Source: Iphione sp. A-MEVVRFRX5
Taxonomy: Eukaryota
Length of the DNA stretch: 64,000 nt
Assembly: GCA_976226885.1 (NCBI GenBank)
Contig: OZ320316.1
Location: forward strand, 79,484,001 to 79,548,000
Direction of reading: 5' to 3'
Part shown: piece by piece, positions 1-15,002 of the stretch
Numbering within the stretch: the stretch's first letter is position 1
Layout: every line of letters starts with the position of its first letter
Made by a program: the position numbers and the translations under genes
The notes under the pieces: model-generated
What the model was told of the DNA's origin: nothing
What the model saw: the letters and a program-made list of their open reading frames with translations, nothing else
Databases searched by the model: none

Positions 1-1099
1 TTCCTTGTACCGAATGAGGTAACACTTCTTGTGCCTAACTATTCCCGGCGGTTCAGACCATTTTACTTATAAAAAGTTCTGTATTACAATAGCATAAATA
101 GAAAAAATGTTATAAAGGATGTTAGCCTTTCCCTGGGATGCTTTCAAACAACTTTACTCGTTTCTCTCGGATTGATCATGAATTAAAATAGTAAATAAAA
201 TGCATCTTGTGGTGGTCCCTCATATTAGTTCTTGAGGAAATCTGATTATAACTCATTCACTTTGGCTTCCAAAGAAACCGTAATCTCGTCTTAATAGGCC
301 GGTACACACCAGCCGTTCGTCGTTTTGGCTGTCGCGCAGGATTCGCTTCTTTTTATATGCTTTTGATCGAAACGTCCCCTTTTATCCACAGGAGACGGAA
401 AACACGACCATAAATATCAGATATCGAAAATCAACCAGAGGATTTTAGGAAACATTTCACTAACCACGAATATAATTCTACGTGATGAACATGAAAGGGC
501 AAACGGTGAGCTCGTTTTTAAAAAAGCGATCATATTCTTAATCATGGACAGAAATAATTCATTGGCGGGCGGCCCGTAGGTGATCGCTAATGAGCGCTTG
601 GTTCCACTAACCTCTGGCACCTGGTTAATCCTGTCGATATCCTTGTGCCGTAGACAATAACGCCCGAGTTCGGCCTCGATTCTCTAGCTTTGATCTCTCG
701 ACAAGGTGCATGGGATCTAAGCACAGTGATCATGTCTGAATGTGGACGGCGGGCAGATGCCTTGGCGGGTTCGATCGCTTGTCACCGCTCAGTCTCAATG
801 GTGCCTTTGATTGTAGTGGCCATTGTAGACCGTAAAGTTTATGTTAGTGAAACCTACATGCAACAGAATCCTGGTCCCCCGAAGCATTAGTCATTTCGTT
901 TGTATGGCTGTTATAGATTCGGCTTAGATCTATCTTTCTTCTGAACTTGTATAAAGAGTTAGTTCTGAAGGACAGAAATCCTTCTCATAGATCATTTTAT
1001 TTAAAGTAAATGTTACCGATTTTAATGTTGCTTGTCTTTCCTTACTAGGATTATCATTAGCGTATCTTGCTGATTTGATGGACAAGCACAGAGGGGTGC

Positions 1100-1440
1100 T
1101 TTCCATGTACATGTATACAGGTGAGAGAGAAAAGAGAGAGAGAGTCTGTGCTGATCGGAGAGGAATTCTGCCCGAATCTTTATAAATGGTGAGTTTTTGT
1201 GCAAATTATATGCAAATTAGAAAATTATCACATCATATCTGGACCCCTCCAGACCACGAACCACGTTCTACAGACCATGTATACATAGAAACAGCTCTGT
1301 TGAGAGTCAGTGCTTCATTTTTTCCCGGACCACATAGTCCAGAATATGGGGAAAAACCAATACGCATGGAAAGCAGGCCTAAAATAGTGATCTTTCCTGT
1401 GTTTCTAAACGTATGGGTTGACTAGGTTTCGAAGGTTTAA
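1100..1440 (-). mobile_element. Fragment of a non-autonomous piggyBac-like DNA transposon, related to the 27846-29066 element and in the opposite orientation
   Basis: Shares an exact 22-mer (GCAAATTATATGCAAATTAGAA, 1201-1222) with the reverse complement of ~28167-28188, followed by TCACATCAT and preceded by an AG-rich microsatellite in both copies. Ends GGTTTCGAAGGT|TTAA (1425-1440), similar to the reverse-complemented left end of the 27846 element (GGTCCTGAAGGGG|TTAT). The other end was not found. Confidence 0.55.
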
Positions 1441-2427
1441 AGAAATACGCACCCCTGGAGGGGATCTATTGTGACACTCTTTCGCTTAGAGGAAACGCTC
1501 TGACAGTGATGGACCCACCGAAATGGGGTTGACCCAGACCAGGCTAGTCACAGATTACCCCCAGGCCCTGGCAGACTGTCAAGGCTTTGCCCACTGACAG
1601 AGGTCTCCTTTGTTGGCGCAATGCTAGCAACCAGAAATGTAGCTAAACACCGGTGGAAGATTGTCTGGCTCTACCTTCTAGGCCCCTGTAGTAAAAGGCT
1701 TAAGAACAGCTGTCACACATCACCGTGTCCTGTGCATGTATCTGATATAGATCGAGTGAAGGGCAACTCTCCGTAACATATAAGTGGTTATACAGCGGTA
1801 ATCAGGTGTTTTTCTTGTCAGGCTAGCCCATTTAAGGCACGTGTTCAATAACATAACATTACAACTTTGATTTCGGATCAAAGGACACCATATTTGATTT
1901 ACTCAATCCTCGGGTTGCTGTCCTCTCCACTGCCCGATGGTGTCCCCTGCTTGGGCTGGCGGAATTTGCTTGCTAATGAGTGCCGTGTGATTGATGTCCA
2001 CAACAGCTGCTGTCACTCATCTTGCATCTCGCACAAGCAGTGAGCGCCTCTTTCCTTCACCATTGTTCTCAAGGCATCAAGGGTAGGAGTAATAGAATTA
2101 AGCTTTGACGTACCATCGTTCATCCTTCCCGCAGGGGCATTGCCCAGTTAATGGTGCTGGAGCTGGTCCCCTTCCAACCGGTGTACATGTATCTAGCATT
2201 TTATGCACCCTCTCTCCTTTTTCTCCATCTATATATTCTCATTATTTCTCCCCTTGTTACCCGCTTTCTGCAGCCACTCTGTCTTTCCCCCTTTCAGTTG
2301 CATCTGTTTTCCACAGGCATTTCAGAATTGCTCTCAGTTTCCTAAAGTGACAGCAGCAATATTGATTACCTTTTCGGGATATTCATGAACGACCACTAGA
2401 AGCATCCAAAGCGCCGTCGATCTGAGA

Positions 2428-2489
2428 TTTAATGAATAGAACATCTGGAGTGGAAAGGTAGACAAGTCATCAGTTTAATGAATAGAACA
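2428..2489. repeat. Perfect 16-bp direct repeat (TTTAATGAATAGAACA x2) separated by 30 bp
   Basis: Copies at 2428-2443 and 2474-2489. No third copy seen. Confidence 0.85.
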
Positions 2490-3880
2490 GCTTTGGGGAA
2501 TCCACTAAGCCTACCTGTCAATGCCACCCTGAAAGCAACACGAAAGCCTTCCAAGACGACGGCTTTTGTGGTTATTCAAGACAAAAAATGTTCGTATCTA
2601 ATGATAGGAGACGTTGACAGGCGATGTTGAAAAAATCAATAGTCATCTCACTAGGACTAGCTTGGTGAGGGCTTCCTCCTGTGAGGCTCCAGTCTGTTTC
2701 AAATAGTATGAAATGTTAGAAAGGGTAGTGGCCATGCGCAGTGTCAGATTGATTGAAGTTGTGTAGTGCAGTGGTAATTGAATATGTTTAATGATTCAAC
2801 GGAGGCACTGTGCTAGTCTGAAACGTTTAATTCTATCGTCGGATATGTACCAAGATCATTAGCCACTGCTGTAGAACATGAAAGGATCGTCAAGTTGATA
2901 ACATTGTTTGTAGGACCGAAACCACAGAAGATCGAATGTTGCAATAGATCAGCAGAGAGTAACCTGAACTCTTCTTGTCTTCGATATGACTGCTAATGAA
3001 TTCTAAGAACTTTTGAATAACGGCTACTTTCGTTGAGACTAACATCTACGCTTACGCAAAATGAAATGTGTGTTTCACTGAAGGTGATTTTGATAGTATA
3101 ACAAATTTTGTGTTTAATTAACAGGACAATATACGTTTGAGAACGGTCGTTCAAATTTTCAATTTTCGCACACAACCCTGAAAGACTAGCAATTTTCGTA
3201 AACATCATATAACTGACGAATTCAATATGAGGACAAGCAGCGGTTAGAATGCCCTCATGGAATTTAGTGACCTCTCTTCCATCAAAGCACCGTTATAATA
3301 AAAGATCAAACAAAGCCATCTGACGGAGAAATATGGCTTGGATTATTGTAAAAGGTTTCCCTTGGTTGGCTGCGTCAGAATTTAGTGAAGGCATTTGACG
3401 TACTATGACCCAGTGAGTGAAAAGTTAATCATTGTGATGCAAGTGGGTAATTTATCACTAGGCGGGCTTAGTTCCGAAAGCAATCGATTAGTCTTTTAAT
3501 TGCAGGACAGCAGATACTGCCCACCCGACTCCAACAGAATAGCTCTTCGATTCGTTCATATGACATGGCATTTTATCCATTAATGTGAAAGTCTCCTTTT
3601 AAGCAAGTCAGTCTGTCGATCGCATAGATCTGCCCCACGTACAAGCAGAGGGCAGACAAAGAAGACGCGCGAAATCGCAATCCGACTAGGGCGTGCAGCG
3701 AGCGTGTTGTTTTATTAGCTTTAACGCCGCTCGTCCGCTGTCGACCAATCGCCGTCCGCGGCCTCTCATAATCTGATTACACCGTTTGGGACTGCATCAC
3801 CGCTCGCATGATAAACATGTCAATAACGGGTATCATGCTATCATAAGCAATTGGTGGCTATTGACTGACGGCAACCTACT

Positions 3881-3913
3881 GGGAGGGTGGTGGGGGGGGG
3901 GGGGGGCTAAGGG
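3881..3913 (+). repeat. Poly-G tract (G15) in a G-rich patch; potential G-quadruplex
   Basis: GGGAGGGTGGT-G15-CTAAGGG read directly; G run at 3892-3906. Confidence 0.8.
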
Positions 3914-6900
3914 TTAGACTCCAGGCTGCCTGTTTCGGTAACGGCTAGGTAGGACTTCTGTAAGTGTAACAAAAACTGAAATCTGCCTTCTCTAGAGCCG
4001 GTCCTGTGGTGCAAAGCTGGGCCATGAGTATGCACCTCGGGCTTTCATTTCTTTCTCCCCAGTGCCTCATTCCCATGCCTAACTCTATCCTCACATGAGT
4101 TGAGCTTGCTCATTTAAGCGATACATAATTCATACCTTTTATTGGCAGCTGACATGCAACATGCGGCCGCCGCCTTTCTAGTCGGGGCCGTGGTAGAGAC
4201 TGAGGTGGAAGGTTCAATGAGCATGGCGATGGGCGACCACTATGGTAGTAGTATACGACACGGGGCATGCAAAGCAGGCGACCAGCGGCCGCCCAGCCAG
4301 CCATGACACATTATCAGGCGCCCACGGCAAAGTCACAGGGGCCAATTCCCCGACCGCCGCACGGAAGGTGCGTTTGTACCCCTGCACGTGTGCCACCATG
4401 TGGTTGTGTCGTGTGTGTAGACGCATATTGAACGTGCTAACCCCCTGCTTCTCCTCCCCCTGTGGCCAGCAAGGGAGAACCAGCTGGTCTGGCCCAGGCT
4501 GTTCTTCAACACGCTTTAATTTGACTTAATGATGTGCTCCCTCTCAGCTGCTCATGCTACGTTTAATGGAGTTTGCTATCTGAGGTTGGCTCTGCTTTGC
4601 TCAGACACAGTGTTTCGATAGGTTGCTTATGGTGGAATCCTATAGAGAAACCAAGACAATAAGTCTGTATTCTGCCTTACCTTAGCATTATGTTGTTATG
4701 GAGCGAAAGATAGAAATGATTACACTAAATGAATCGTTTTGTAATCGTACCATAATACGTGTCCTCTTTCTCAACCCATTATCATGTTTAGTATAATTTA
4801 TGGCATAAAACTGACTTCAGAGCCTGTCAGTGCTAATTCTGGCCCTGCGGTGAGTCAGTACATTCACAGGGAGAAAAAAAGAAGTGGAAAGCGAGCGCCC
4901 TTTCAGGTCAAGCTCAGTTGAGCTGCTCTGGCGATGAGGTCGGATGACCTACTTTTAACTCGGAGGGACCCAACACGCCTTGAAAGGTAAACGGGGCCAG
5001 CAGTTGATAAATAAGGAAGACTTATTCAATTGCCATCATATTGGTGGACATGCAGCTTACAGGATATATGAGGGCAATGTTGAGGCCGATATCAAATAGA
5101 ACCCTTGCAGCGATACTGGTCAGGCCATAGCTCTGCCTGCCGTACCCATAGTTGCCTACCATATTGAGTTATTTTTAGTTTGGCCTAGATCCACCCAGCC
5201 GCATGGCAATTCCATTATTCCACCCGCAGTCAGTCGTGAGGATCAAACAGGGAAATATCAACGTAGGGTGATATCGACCCCAGGTATCATCCAAATAAAA
5301 AAAAATCATACTGAAAGTTGCAGGACTGTTTACATCGCATACTGGTTTTATATTTGATTTAACCGATGCTTTTTTCCACACGTGCCCATATTTTCTTACA
5401 TTAGCACGCCACGCCCTTCTACGTCGCCTCAGCGATAGTGAGCTTTACCGGACGACAGGCTTGGTTATCCGTCTGCCCGGCCGAACAAGTTCATCCGCTG
5501 AGTGGCAGGCGGGCGTTATTACAGCCTCGCCGCTCCTGCACGCGACGCACCAGAGGCTAGGGTGACCACATTTTAACAGCTCTCGCACCCAGTCGAGCAG
5601 CCAGTGCTGCAATTCTTCGCTGATAACCACGCTAAAATTGCACCTCGAAATAACTGATTATCTTGCATTTCACTTTCGCTGCTTTTTCCCTCTGTCTTGA
5701 TTTCCAGTCTTTGTTTCTAATCCCTTCTTGTTGGGAGTCGTATTTCTCTCATCGGAAGCAAGTAGTTTGCTTCAGTAGACAGTATGCGTTCGAACAACTG
5801 TTACAATTGTAATTTAATACTTTTGGGAATGGTTCGCGATTCGGAAATATAAACATGAACATGGGCGTGGGCTCGCTATTTTTCGGCACGACTCTATGAA
5901 GGACTGCTTCAAACGCACTTCATGGCCTGACAGCATGAAATCAGCTATTGTGTGATAATGACTCCAAGCATCGATTCAGCAACTACCTTACCCAATGCGT
6001 CGATGCTTCTCCACTCTCGCTTTCTCTCCCCATGTCATTCCCAGTGGAACATGTCTCTATCCGTCTAGTCAAAACCCAATTGAAAGGCGGGTGGCTGTGG
6101 TTGAACGCCGAAAGGAGAGATGGACTAACAATGTCTCAAACTTCCTTGTCTCTAGATTTTCCGGATGTTGAACATAAGTAATTCTCACCGAATCTCGTTT
6201 CTGGCCAGGTCTGGAGGTCCCGCCCTGGCTTCAGACATTTCCTTCTTTACTTTTCCAACCAACGTCTCCGCGCAGATCTATATTTGACATAAGTTTTTTT
6301 TGCCAGCAGCCTAAACTACCGCATATTTCGATAAAAATCCACGAGAGGCACATCTTCAGTGTTCCCTTTACATTAACCGTTATTAGTTCAAACTCGTTAT
6401 TACTTATTTACTTAAAAAAAATTCTATCTAAAAGTGCTAATGCACCAGCTTCTTAAAAGCAGCGCGTGTTAGTTAAACATAACCTTGGGTAGATACAATC
6501 GCATTGTCAAAAAAGGACGAGGTGAGGGAAGCCCATGGTTTGACGAATGGCGACCGAACAACACTCAGCTGCGTTAAAATGATGATGGTTAGGAAGGTCA
6601 GACGTTGACATTTAAATTGAGGTGTATTTCTATCCTTCTTATTATTGCTGCTGTTCCTTTCCTCTCACTTCTGATTTTATTCCTGTCAGTCTTTCCTGTT
6701 TTTACCGTACTTTACTTTCTGTTACCATCGTCACTGACAAAAAGCTAACTATAAAATGTTCCTCTAAGGGATAGATTCATTCAGATGATCCCGACAAATG
6801 TTTAACAGCGCAAAATCACATTTCACTAATTTTTAGTAAACAGCATGTTGAGCTGCAGAGGCACTTCTCTATATTTAGCTGAGCTTAGGAGAGGGAAATC

Positions 6901-8108
6901 TCACTGTACGCTGAGGATTCATAATCGAAGAGGTCACGTCACATTAGCATAGGAAAGTCGCAGCAGGTCTGGACGATGTATCCCGAGATGTGCATTATGT
7001 GAAGATATGAATACAGCATTGAAAAGTGAAAAATCGAGTCCTACGTACCTTACGGATCTGCCTTAATGGACTAATGGACTGGCGACACACCTGTAAGGAG
7101 GAGTGCACCTCTTTGATGAAAACCTTGACAGAAGGCAAAACGGTTTTAACACAAATGGCTTGCCCTGCCTCGGCTTCCCTTCTAGGCGTTCTCTGATTCA
7201 TTTATCTTTTTGAGCCATTGTCCCTAGCTTTTCCCTGGAAGTGTTTTTTTCTTCAGTTGCTGATTTCGGTTTTCTTTCCTTTAGCATTCGCATTCCACTA
7301 ACCACGCTGCCAACATTCCTTTCACTGGCCATCGCTTTTTAGCAACGCCCCCGCTACGAATGAACTATACTTATCCACGTAGAAATTTCTAACATTTTTG
7401 AAATATATCTATTTCCACGCCTATAGATGGTAATCTCACATCGTATTACGTATATCGGGCTGGTTTGTTGGTGCACTTCTTTATCTGTAAATCACCAGTA
7501 GATGCGTTTTCGCCCGGTCGGAGAATGGGCAAGACATGGATGATGGGAAAGAAAGGATGAAGCAAGCCCCGGGAAAAGGATTGGCGTCAGAAACGGGCCA
7601 CCGCCAGGTACAGAGCCAATAATAAAGGGAGCTGAAACTAAGCAGCAGACAGCAGAGATAATAAACGAAAAGTGCAGATACGGCGCACAGGCCTTTCCGC
7701 ACTAACAGGCTTACATTTACAGGAATGGCAAGGCAGTGATTGTTTGAGAGGGTAGAATACCGAGTGCTGCATATAAAGCAGCCTCTCTTGGCAAGGAGTC
7801 GACATCGCTGTACGTCAAGTCGGGGTCCTTTCTAAGCCTCATTTCATTACCCAACCGTATATATGTACCAACTGACAGTATTCTAACTTACTAACCGCCA
7901 ATAAAGCAAACATTGCATTGCTGAAAGTAACCTGCTAATGTATATGAATCTATAGGTAAATTGTAGCTGATACCAATGCTGCTTGTATGTTCTGGTGCTA
8001 TTCCATGCTGTTGGCTTCATTGGCTGCTACATGTGTATATTCACCGTAGTGACCATCGAATTCCTCAGGCATTGTAATGTTTCTTCCGAGGTGTTTATTG
8101 ACATTTCT

Positions 8109-8122
8109 GTCTCCATGGTGAC
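8109..8122. promoter_or_regulatory. RFX X-box-like motif (GTCTCCATGGTGAC)
   Basis: Matches GTYNCCATRGYRAC. A second near-match (GTTGCCATAGCATC) lies at 8328-8341. Function not demonstrated. Confidence 0.3.
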
Positions 8123-9650
8123 CAAAATAGATATATTCCTCAAATATAGCTGGACGATTGTCAGAATGTTTAATTTGAAGATACAGACATAACGTTTTAT
8201 TAACACGTACATGTATTGTATCTACATATGCAATCGATATGAGTTTAAAGTAAAGGAATTAACACAAATACGCTTTCATTCATATCATGGCATTATAATC
8301 AGACGAGAGGAAACTGAAGCAAACACCGTTGCCATAGCATCGTCTGGCTGCGGATGCCGAACTATGTAAGCCTAGAGCTGTGTTAGAAGTTGTTAGATGG
8401 ACAGATATTCCATCATCGTCCCTCCATAGACTGCAAGCAATGGTGCAAAGCCACGACAAAATCACCTTTTCATACAAGTAAGTTTATGTGCTGATTGATA
8501 GGACAGGAGAGGATTTTCAGTCTTCGCTTCGGTGCAGGCCATTTTTCCCCAAAGGTCCGTTCGTGTATTGATGTTAAAAATTGCCGTATGTATTCGGGGA
8601 AAGAACTATGAATTCTGTAAAATACCACGAATTTACCATTCATGTCGCCCATACTGCATAGGTAGTTGTCAGAGCTAACCAGTAAAAGTCTGGAACATGT
8701 CTTTTGTAATACGGAAAACGGCCCTGCTTTACTATGAAAATAATATATTCATAGTTATTTATAATATCGAGGAATATAAAAGGTTATACTTGCAGTCTTT
8801 CAATAAATGATACGCTGCAGCGTGCATGGCTTTGTTTAAAACAACAAATAAAGGGGCCAGGAGCAGCATTTAGTGAATGCCTTTGAAGTTACCCCGCTTG
8901 CACTTACGTACTTCCTTACCACCTGCCTGCGTCCCACATGCACCTTAACCTGTTGCCATCTGTGGTGTAACTTGATAGATTGGGCATCACCTACGCAGTG
9001 TCTACACCAGGGCTCCAATTGATTATACTCACACGGAGCTTGTTAATTATCAATGAATCTCCGGCTCGCGCAGAATGTTTGAGGACCCTTCGCTTGCTTG
9101 CCCACTGCGGTACGACACGCTATATTTCACGATTGCTTTGTGAGTGAACTTCAACACCCGTCTGAGGGCATTCCAGGCATTATTAATATGCTTATAAAGT
9201 CGCAGGTGTGTTAAATTTTATTGCAGAAAAAAAAGTCTTGTATAAATGTTGTCGGACATAAATAGCTAATAACATTGGCTTTGTTGGCATATTGGTTCTA
9301 TTGTTTGACGTGCAAAAAACGTGTAGATACAGTGAATTCAGACGGAGAGAAAGTTGTAACCGTAAGTAATGATGTGCCTGTCATATGTGCAAAGCAGTGC
9401 TCTGTTTTGTCTGTTATGAAAGCGAAATCGTTTGTGGCGATTAACATCACAACAGCACGTCTCGTGTCCAGAAATCCTGCTGTTACCATAGTTACATGGG
9501 ACAACAAAGACCGAAGGATGTTAGCTGACCTGACTAGTGGCTGGGTTACAGTGTTGTCAACATGCCATCTTTTCGCCTCTTTCTACCTGCCACACCATGC
9601 CAAGTGTAATTTTTTACTCCTAGATATTGTCGATGTTTTATTTTACCCGG

Positions 9651-9693
9651 AGGAGCAGGAGCAGGAGTAGGAGCAGGAGTAGAAGCAGGAGGA
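9651..9693. repeat. Degenerate hexanucleotide microsatellite (AGGAGC/AGGAGT)n
   Basis: aggagcaggagcaggagtaggagcaggagtagaagcaggagga, about 7 units. Confidence 0.85.
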
Positions 9694-12600
9694 ACAATGC
9701 ATTGTGTTGGACTTTAGTGAGACTTTGTTTGCAATCTATGTAAACCTTATGATAGGTAGTCATCTTCATTAGTTAACACCGGAAAAGTGTCCACGTTCAT
9801 GTAATTAATACACTACCAGGGCGCTGCTGATGTTCCCCGGGCACACCTAGTGATAACGCTTTTATATTGTACTCCATATAAGGACCAAATCTATTTGTTG
9901 CAGCTCTTTCTTAGTTCAGAGATACACTAAATACAAGAAAACGTTACAAAAAATAGTCCATTTAAAGACGCATTACCTAATGGATACTATCGCATATCAA
10001 ATAGTTGCAAAACCCATCCAGAGAATGCAACGACGAAGGCAGTCACATTTGGAAAGTCGCATCAGGAAAGACGACCTTCCCATAGAAGCAGATGAAAGCA
10101 GCTCCTGATCAATAGGGTCTGCTCTCAAGATATTAGGAGTAAAATGATTATATCAAACATGATTTGGTGGTGACTAACGCGACTGGATTGACTGCCTTCG
10201 GGAAGATACGGTATCACTGTCACGGCCGATACTGCAGCGACTGATGAAAAGTACCGTAGAGCACGCGCGGCCCCGGCAGTAGGAACCTTATGACTTCAAA
10301 GCGCACTATGGCGCGGCAGATTAGAAGCAAGAGGAGGTTTAATTACCGTTCTCCTCGGGTGCCGTAGTATTATAAGGACTTAGTATGTACAGATATCGCC
10401 ACGAAGAGAGAAACCGAAAGAACACCGCACCTGGATGTGATTACGAGGAGCTTGGAAGGTTGCAGAAAATGATCCGTCATTATCATGTGCCCTGTTTTAT
10501 CATAGAGAGACCTTGGTCGTTAAGCGTTTTGGACGTTTTGTACTATTAGAATAAAGAGTAGAATCTACTAGTCACAGGTTATGTCTGTTCAGGTGGTCAG
10601 AGGAGGAGACTGCTTTAGGGTGGGCACCACGCAGGCGCTCAACCTCTTTGGAAAATACTGATGAAGCCACTACCAAAGAGGCATGCGTCGACGCCACAAA
10701 CACTGGTTGCCGTCCTATCGATCGAAGTAGTGTCGTCGGCCACTCCGCCACGACAGCTATTAGACGACATTTTGTTAGGCTTTAAACGTGATATACGTTT
10801 GCCGAACAGTCACCGCTGGTCACTTATGTCCCTTTTCGTCGAAGAAACAATGTCTTTTCTATCAAGTTAAGCACTGCTTCCTAGGATGCCATTTATAAGG
10901 CACAAATTAGGACGTGCACACCTAATATTTAACCCACATTGCCTCCCCTTTTCAATACAGCTTAGAGGCACGCCGAGAATGAAGGCTGTTTACTGCAGCG
11001 ACGGAATAAATCATATCGCGTCTAAGATTTGTTCAGCGAATGAAATAAATGACCTAACAACCAGAATCTGGCAAAATGATGGAGATATTGAACGGTAAAT
11101 GTGAATCGACAACACTAGCAAGCCCAGGTTTCATTACAATAATCAATACATTTTTCTCCCAACGATACGACATATTAGCATCATTTGGCACCGCCTACAG
11201 AACGCTGATCTCGAGGACTCACCTTATTGCCTTTGGGCGTGAGAACTAGCTTTATTCCAGTCAACACACATCTTCCCACAAACAGCTTTGTTATGGTAAT
11301 TTCCAAATACGACGCCTCAACCTACCTTTCGGACATTAAGTTCGTTCTCGTCCAGAGGAACGGCGGGCCACATTATGCTAAATCATTTTCAACAAAATAT
11401 TACCGACTGCGGGATAGATTGCCATCTTCCCTGTGGCCGACACGCTGACATATGTAATATATATACATATACATATATAATATGAGAGTGGGTTACTTGA
11501 TTAGTACAATTGGGGTTTTCACACAAATAGTCATTTTTCTGTAGGACCAAGGCAAAGCTGTAATCTTTATTCTAATCAAATTATCTAAGAATCATTTCAG
11601 ATTTTTACATTCTGCTGAATGTAGAATATACATAAAGCAATGACCGCATGTTTGTTATGAATTAACGCCTTAGACATTAAACGTATGAGATGCATGTATT
11701 ATGTCTTGGTTGAATACATGTCATAATGTTTCAAGGGAATCAAATAAATAGTTTAGAAGTCATAAGTAATATGTGATTTATGAACCAGAACCGTGAAGGG
11801 TTTAGGTAAGCAGGATATAGCCACACATAGTATTGCACAGAAAAACCATCCTGATATTTCCGCACTTATCACTAGGATTAAAAGAGAGTATCTCCCCGGA
11901 GTAATATGGAGCTTCATGCCTGTAGCGGTTAATTTCTCAAACATCTTTCTAAAGAAAATCTTGTCTTTTGATTCAGGAGCTTCGTTCAATGCAAACGCAC
12001 ATCAGTGTATGTTTATAATATAAACGTGTGTTTTACATACATATGCAGTACATACTAGACACTGAGCACCAACTTTTCATTCTTGAAATGCTGATGAAAT
12101 GAGAGGAAGAGACGGATACATCACGTTTCCCCTTAAATGCTTGACTTAATCTTTACTGTTCGTAATCCAGTGCAGCGCCAAAGGAAATTAAACGTGGTAT
12201 TTAGTTTCAAACAAGATTTGCTTAAAATCACTTTTGGATCAGCTGGACCTGCGCTAGGGATACCACAAGCACACTGCGACAGCAACATATTTCATTTATT
12301 CGATTGGTTCTAGCAAACCTGTCTGCACTAGAACCCTTTTAATGCGGGCGTCTTATCCCTCAGGACGGGCGTCATACGCCCACATGCTTGCTACGACGAG
12401 GATTGATTGTTTCAAAATTGCCCTCGGCTCCGATAAACTACAAGAAAACAAGAGACGCTCTTCTCCTCACAGTAAAAGTGCATCCATGGCAGTCGGTCAA
12501 TGTCCTGCATACTAAATCAATGTCTTTTGGTCTCGTGTTTTCTCATTAGTCTGCAACTGCGACTAAATGCCCTCTGGGAATTTCTTCCCGACGTAACTCA

Positions 12601-13723
12601 ACACATGGGAAGTCTTTCATCAAACGACAAAAATGTGATGATCGAAGACAAATACCTCAGGCAAATGACTTTGTACAGGTCGCCATACGTGCGTGCCGAA
12701 AAAATAATGCCAATGCTCTGAAGGAAAGCGTGTTCCTTCCGTGGTGCACAACTTTAATGTAACCTAGGACTAGGAATGACAAGAAGTGTTAGCGTTTAAT
12801 TAATCTATCACAGAATGCGGCATTTAAAAATTCGCAGAGGCTGTCCTAATATATTCCTCTTCAATCTCTTTTGTAGGCGAACTAGCCATTATAGTCCATA
12901 GGTTTGTAGTGTCATGTCAGCGAGGGTGCGTATTACATTAGGCGAGCCAAGCAAGTGCCCTATTCCTTACCGCATCCGCCTCTCGAATTGCGCCTTAATT
13001 GAATGAAAAGCTTCCGATTAGCGGAGGGTCTCCCGGAGAATTCAATGCCGTCTGAGGGTCCTTACGCCATGCGGCCCGGGGCACTACCGTCCACCGGCAC
13101 GGCAACCGACGGCCGAAGATAAGGAATGGGCCCATTGCGGACTGTGATGATGTATACCGCTGATAAGATCTATCCCGGGAACGGGGTGCTGATACAATAT
13201 CGGCGCTTATGGGGCAAAGGGGATGAAACGGTTCAGGAATGGGCATCTATTTCACCCATTTGGGAAAAGTCACAAGTGGTCATGTGTGTTGTCTCCCACT
13301 GATTTCGTTCGCATTTGTAGTGTATAGTGATTGTAACAGTCGAAACAAGGTGTTTCCTTATTGAATAATCACGAACAACAAATTGTGTAAGTCTGACCTA
13401 GGCTACTATCTATATATTTTACAGCAAAATAACCAGGTAACGTTTGTCTTAAAGGACGGTCAGAAATGGGAACCCCCCATGAGGTTTCAAAGATATTTGA
13501 GAACGGACGGAGGAAGGATGCGTGGAGACGAAACAAAGAACGGTTGCTCGGTCATTATCCCCATTGCTTGCTTGTGTTCAGTCGACCTTTATGTATAGGA
13601 AGCGTCTGTCACGTCGGACACAAAGTGAAGAAGATCCACAGCCATACCAGAGAATAAAGAAGCACCGGCGGCCGCCGTCCTCCAACCGCTGGCCTCCCCG
13701 CCCATTCGTTCACCCAATAGTAG

Positions 13724-13754
13724 CTCCCAACCTACCGGGCCCTCCCAACCTACC
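13724..13754. repeat. 13-bp direct repeat (CTCCCAACCTACC x2, period 18)
   Basis: Copies at 13724-13736 and 13742-13754 within a C-rich patch. Confidence 0.7.
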
Positions 13755-14871
13755 CCCTGCTTTCGGCTGGGGCCCCAGTGTGGGGCGTTTGGAGCAGCAC
13801 GGGAGTAATTATTTCTCATAGCTTGTCAACGTTCTGTCCCCTGTGCTGCTGAATTATAAAGCAGCCAACGAGAGCCGAGGAAATGATCCTAGTTCGGGCC
13901 CAGCTGAAATTTGTGGTGCACAGCGGCTATGTTTATTTTATAACATACCTTCGGATGGAAGCGCTGTTGAATTGGCGGTATGCGGTTATACAATATGACT
14001 CTTTGACGCTGGTGATAGTCTGCAGCATAGACTAGACGATGACGGATGAAGCCATCCTATGGAGATGACTTCTCCGAACTGGAGGCAGCATAATGATGTT
14101 TTTAGTGATGCACATATAGGTTTATACATCGTGATTGAGGAAGCAACGGGGACAAGGTAGTGAGCATGCAATAAATCGGGCGTGTTCTAGAATAGACTTA
14201 TTTTGCCTTTGAGGACATCCAACTTCTTTCGGTTGGGCGTGGTAGAGGCTAACGCCACTGCCATCCAGAATAGACAGGATACCGAAAAGGGGCCATAGTT
14301 GAGGTGCTCAAAATGCTTCGTATGTATTTCACATGGCAATGTGCGCGTGAAGGTCACCGCTCTCTCCCTCAAAGATAACGATACACGACCATTCAATTTT
14401 TGACCCATCCCAGCGTATAGCATTCACGTGTCGATCCCCCAGACTTCGCTAACGCGCCCACCTGAACAATCCAATATTCATAAGTCAACAGCGGTCATTT
14501 ATAGCCAGCTTGTGAATTATGTAGAGCAAACAATACCACGGCTCGACAGGCGAATACCAAGAAGGAATGCACGGGGATGGGGTGGAGGGGGTCAGTGCGA
14601 AGGGGCGGGCACGATGTCCTCAGAGATCTGTCAAAGCAGGTCAGGCCAACCGCAGGTCGGCCAGGCTTCGGCAGTGATGCACCGGTACTGTTTATTCTGC
14701 GGGGGACACATGATAGTCTTGAATCGATGCAGCGCCTGTTTGATCAGCAGAGACAGAGCATTCCTCTGGCGCCCACCTGTCACCGGGCCTTCCGCTCTTT
14801 GCCTTCTTGGGTGCCATATTGAGCGTAGATGGGGTAAAGTACGGAGTCGAAAAGGCACGGCAACAAAAGAC

Positions 14872-15002
14872 GAGAAAACGGGAGAGAGAGGGAGAAAGAG
14901 AGAGGGGGAGAGAGAGAAATAGAGAGATTGGAGAGATAGGTAGATGTTTAGATAAAGACAGAGAACAGAGAGAGAGATGGATAGGCAGAAAGGCTAAGAG
15001 AG
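14872..15002. repeat. Degenerate (GA)n / purine-rich low-complexity tract
   Basis: Interrupted GAGA runs. These also explain the low-complexity ends of several overlapping ORFs in the track. Confidence 0.8.

Noticed and set aside
2428-2489. Repeat-spacer-repeat (16+30+16 bp) as a mini CRISPR array
   Set aside because: Only two short non-palindromic repeats, no cas-like ORFs, and a eukaryotic repeat context.
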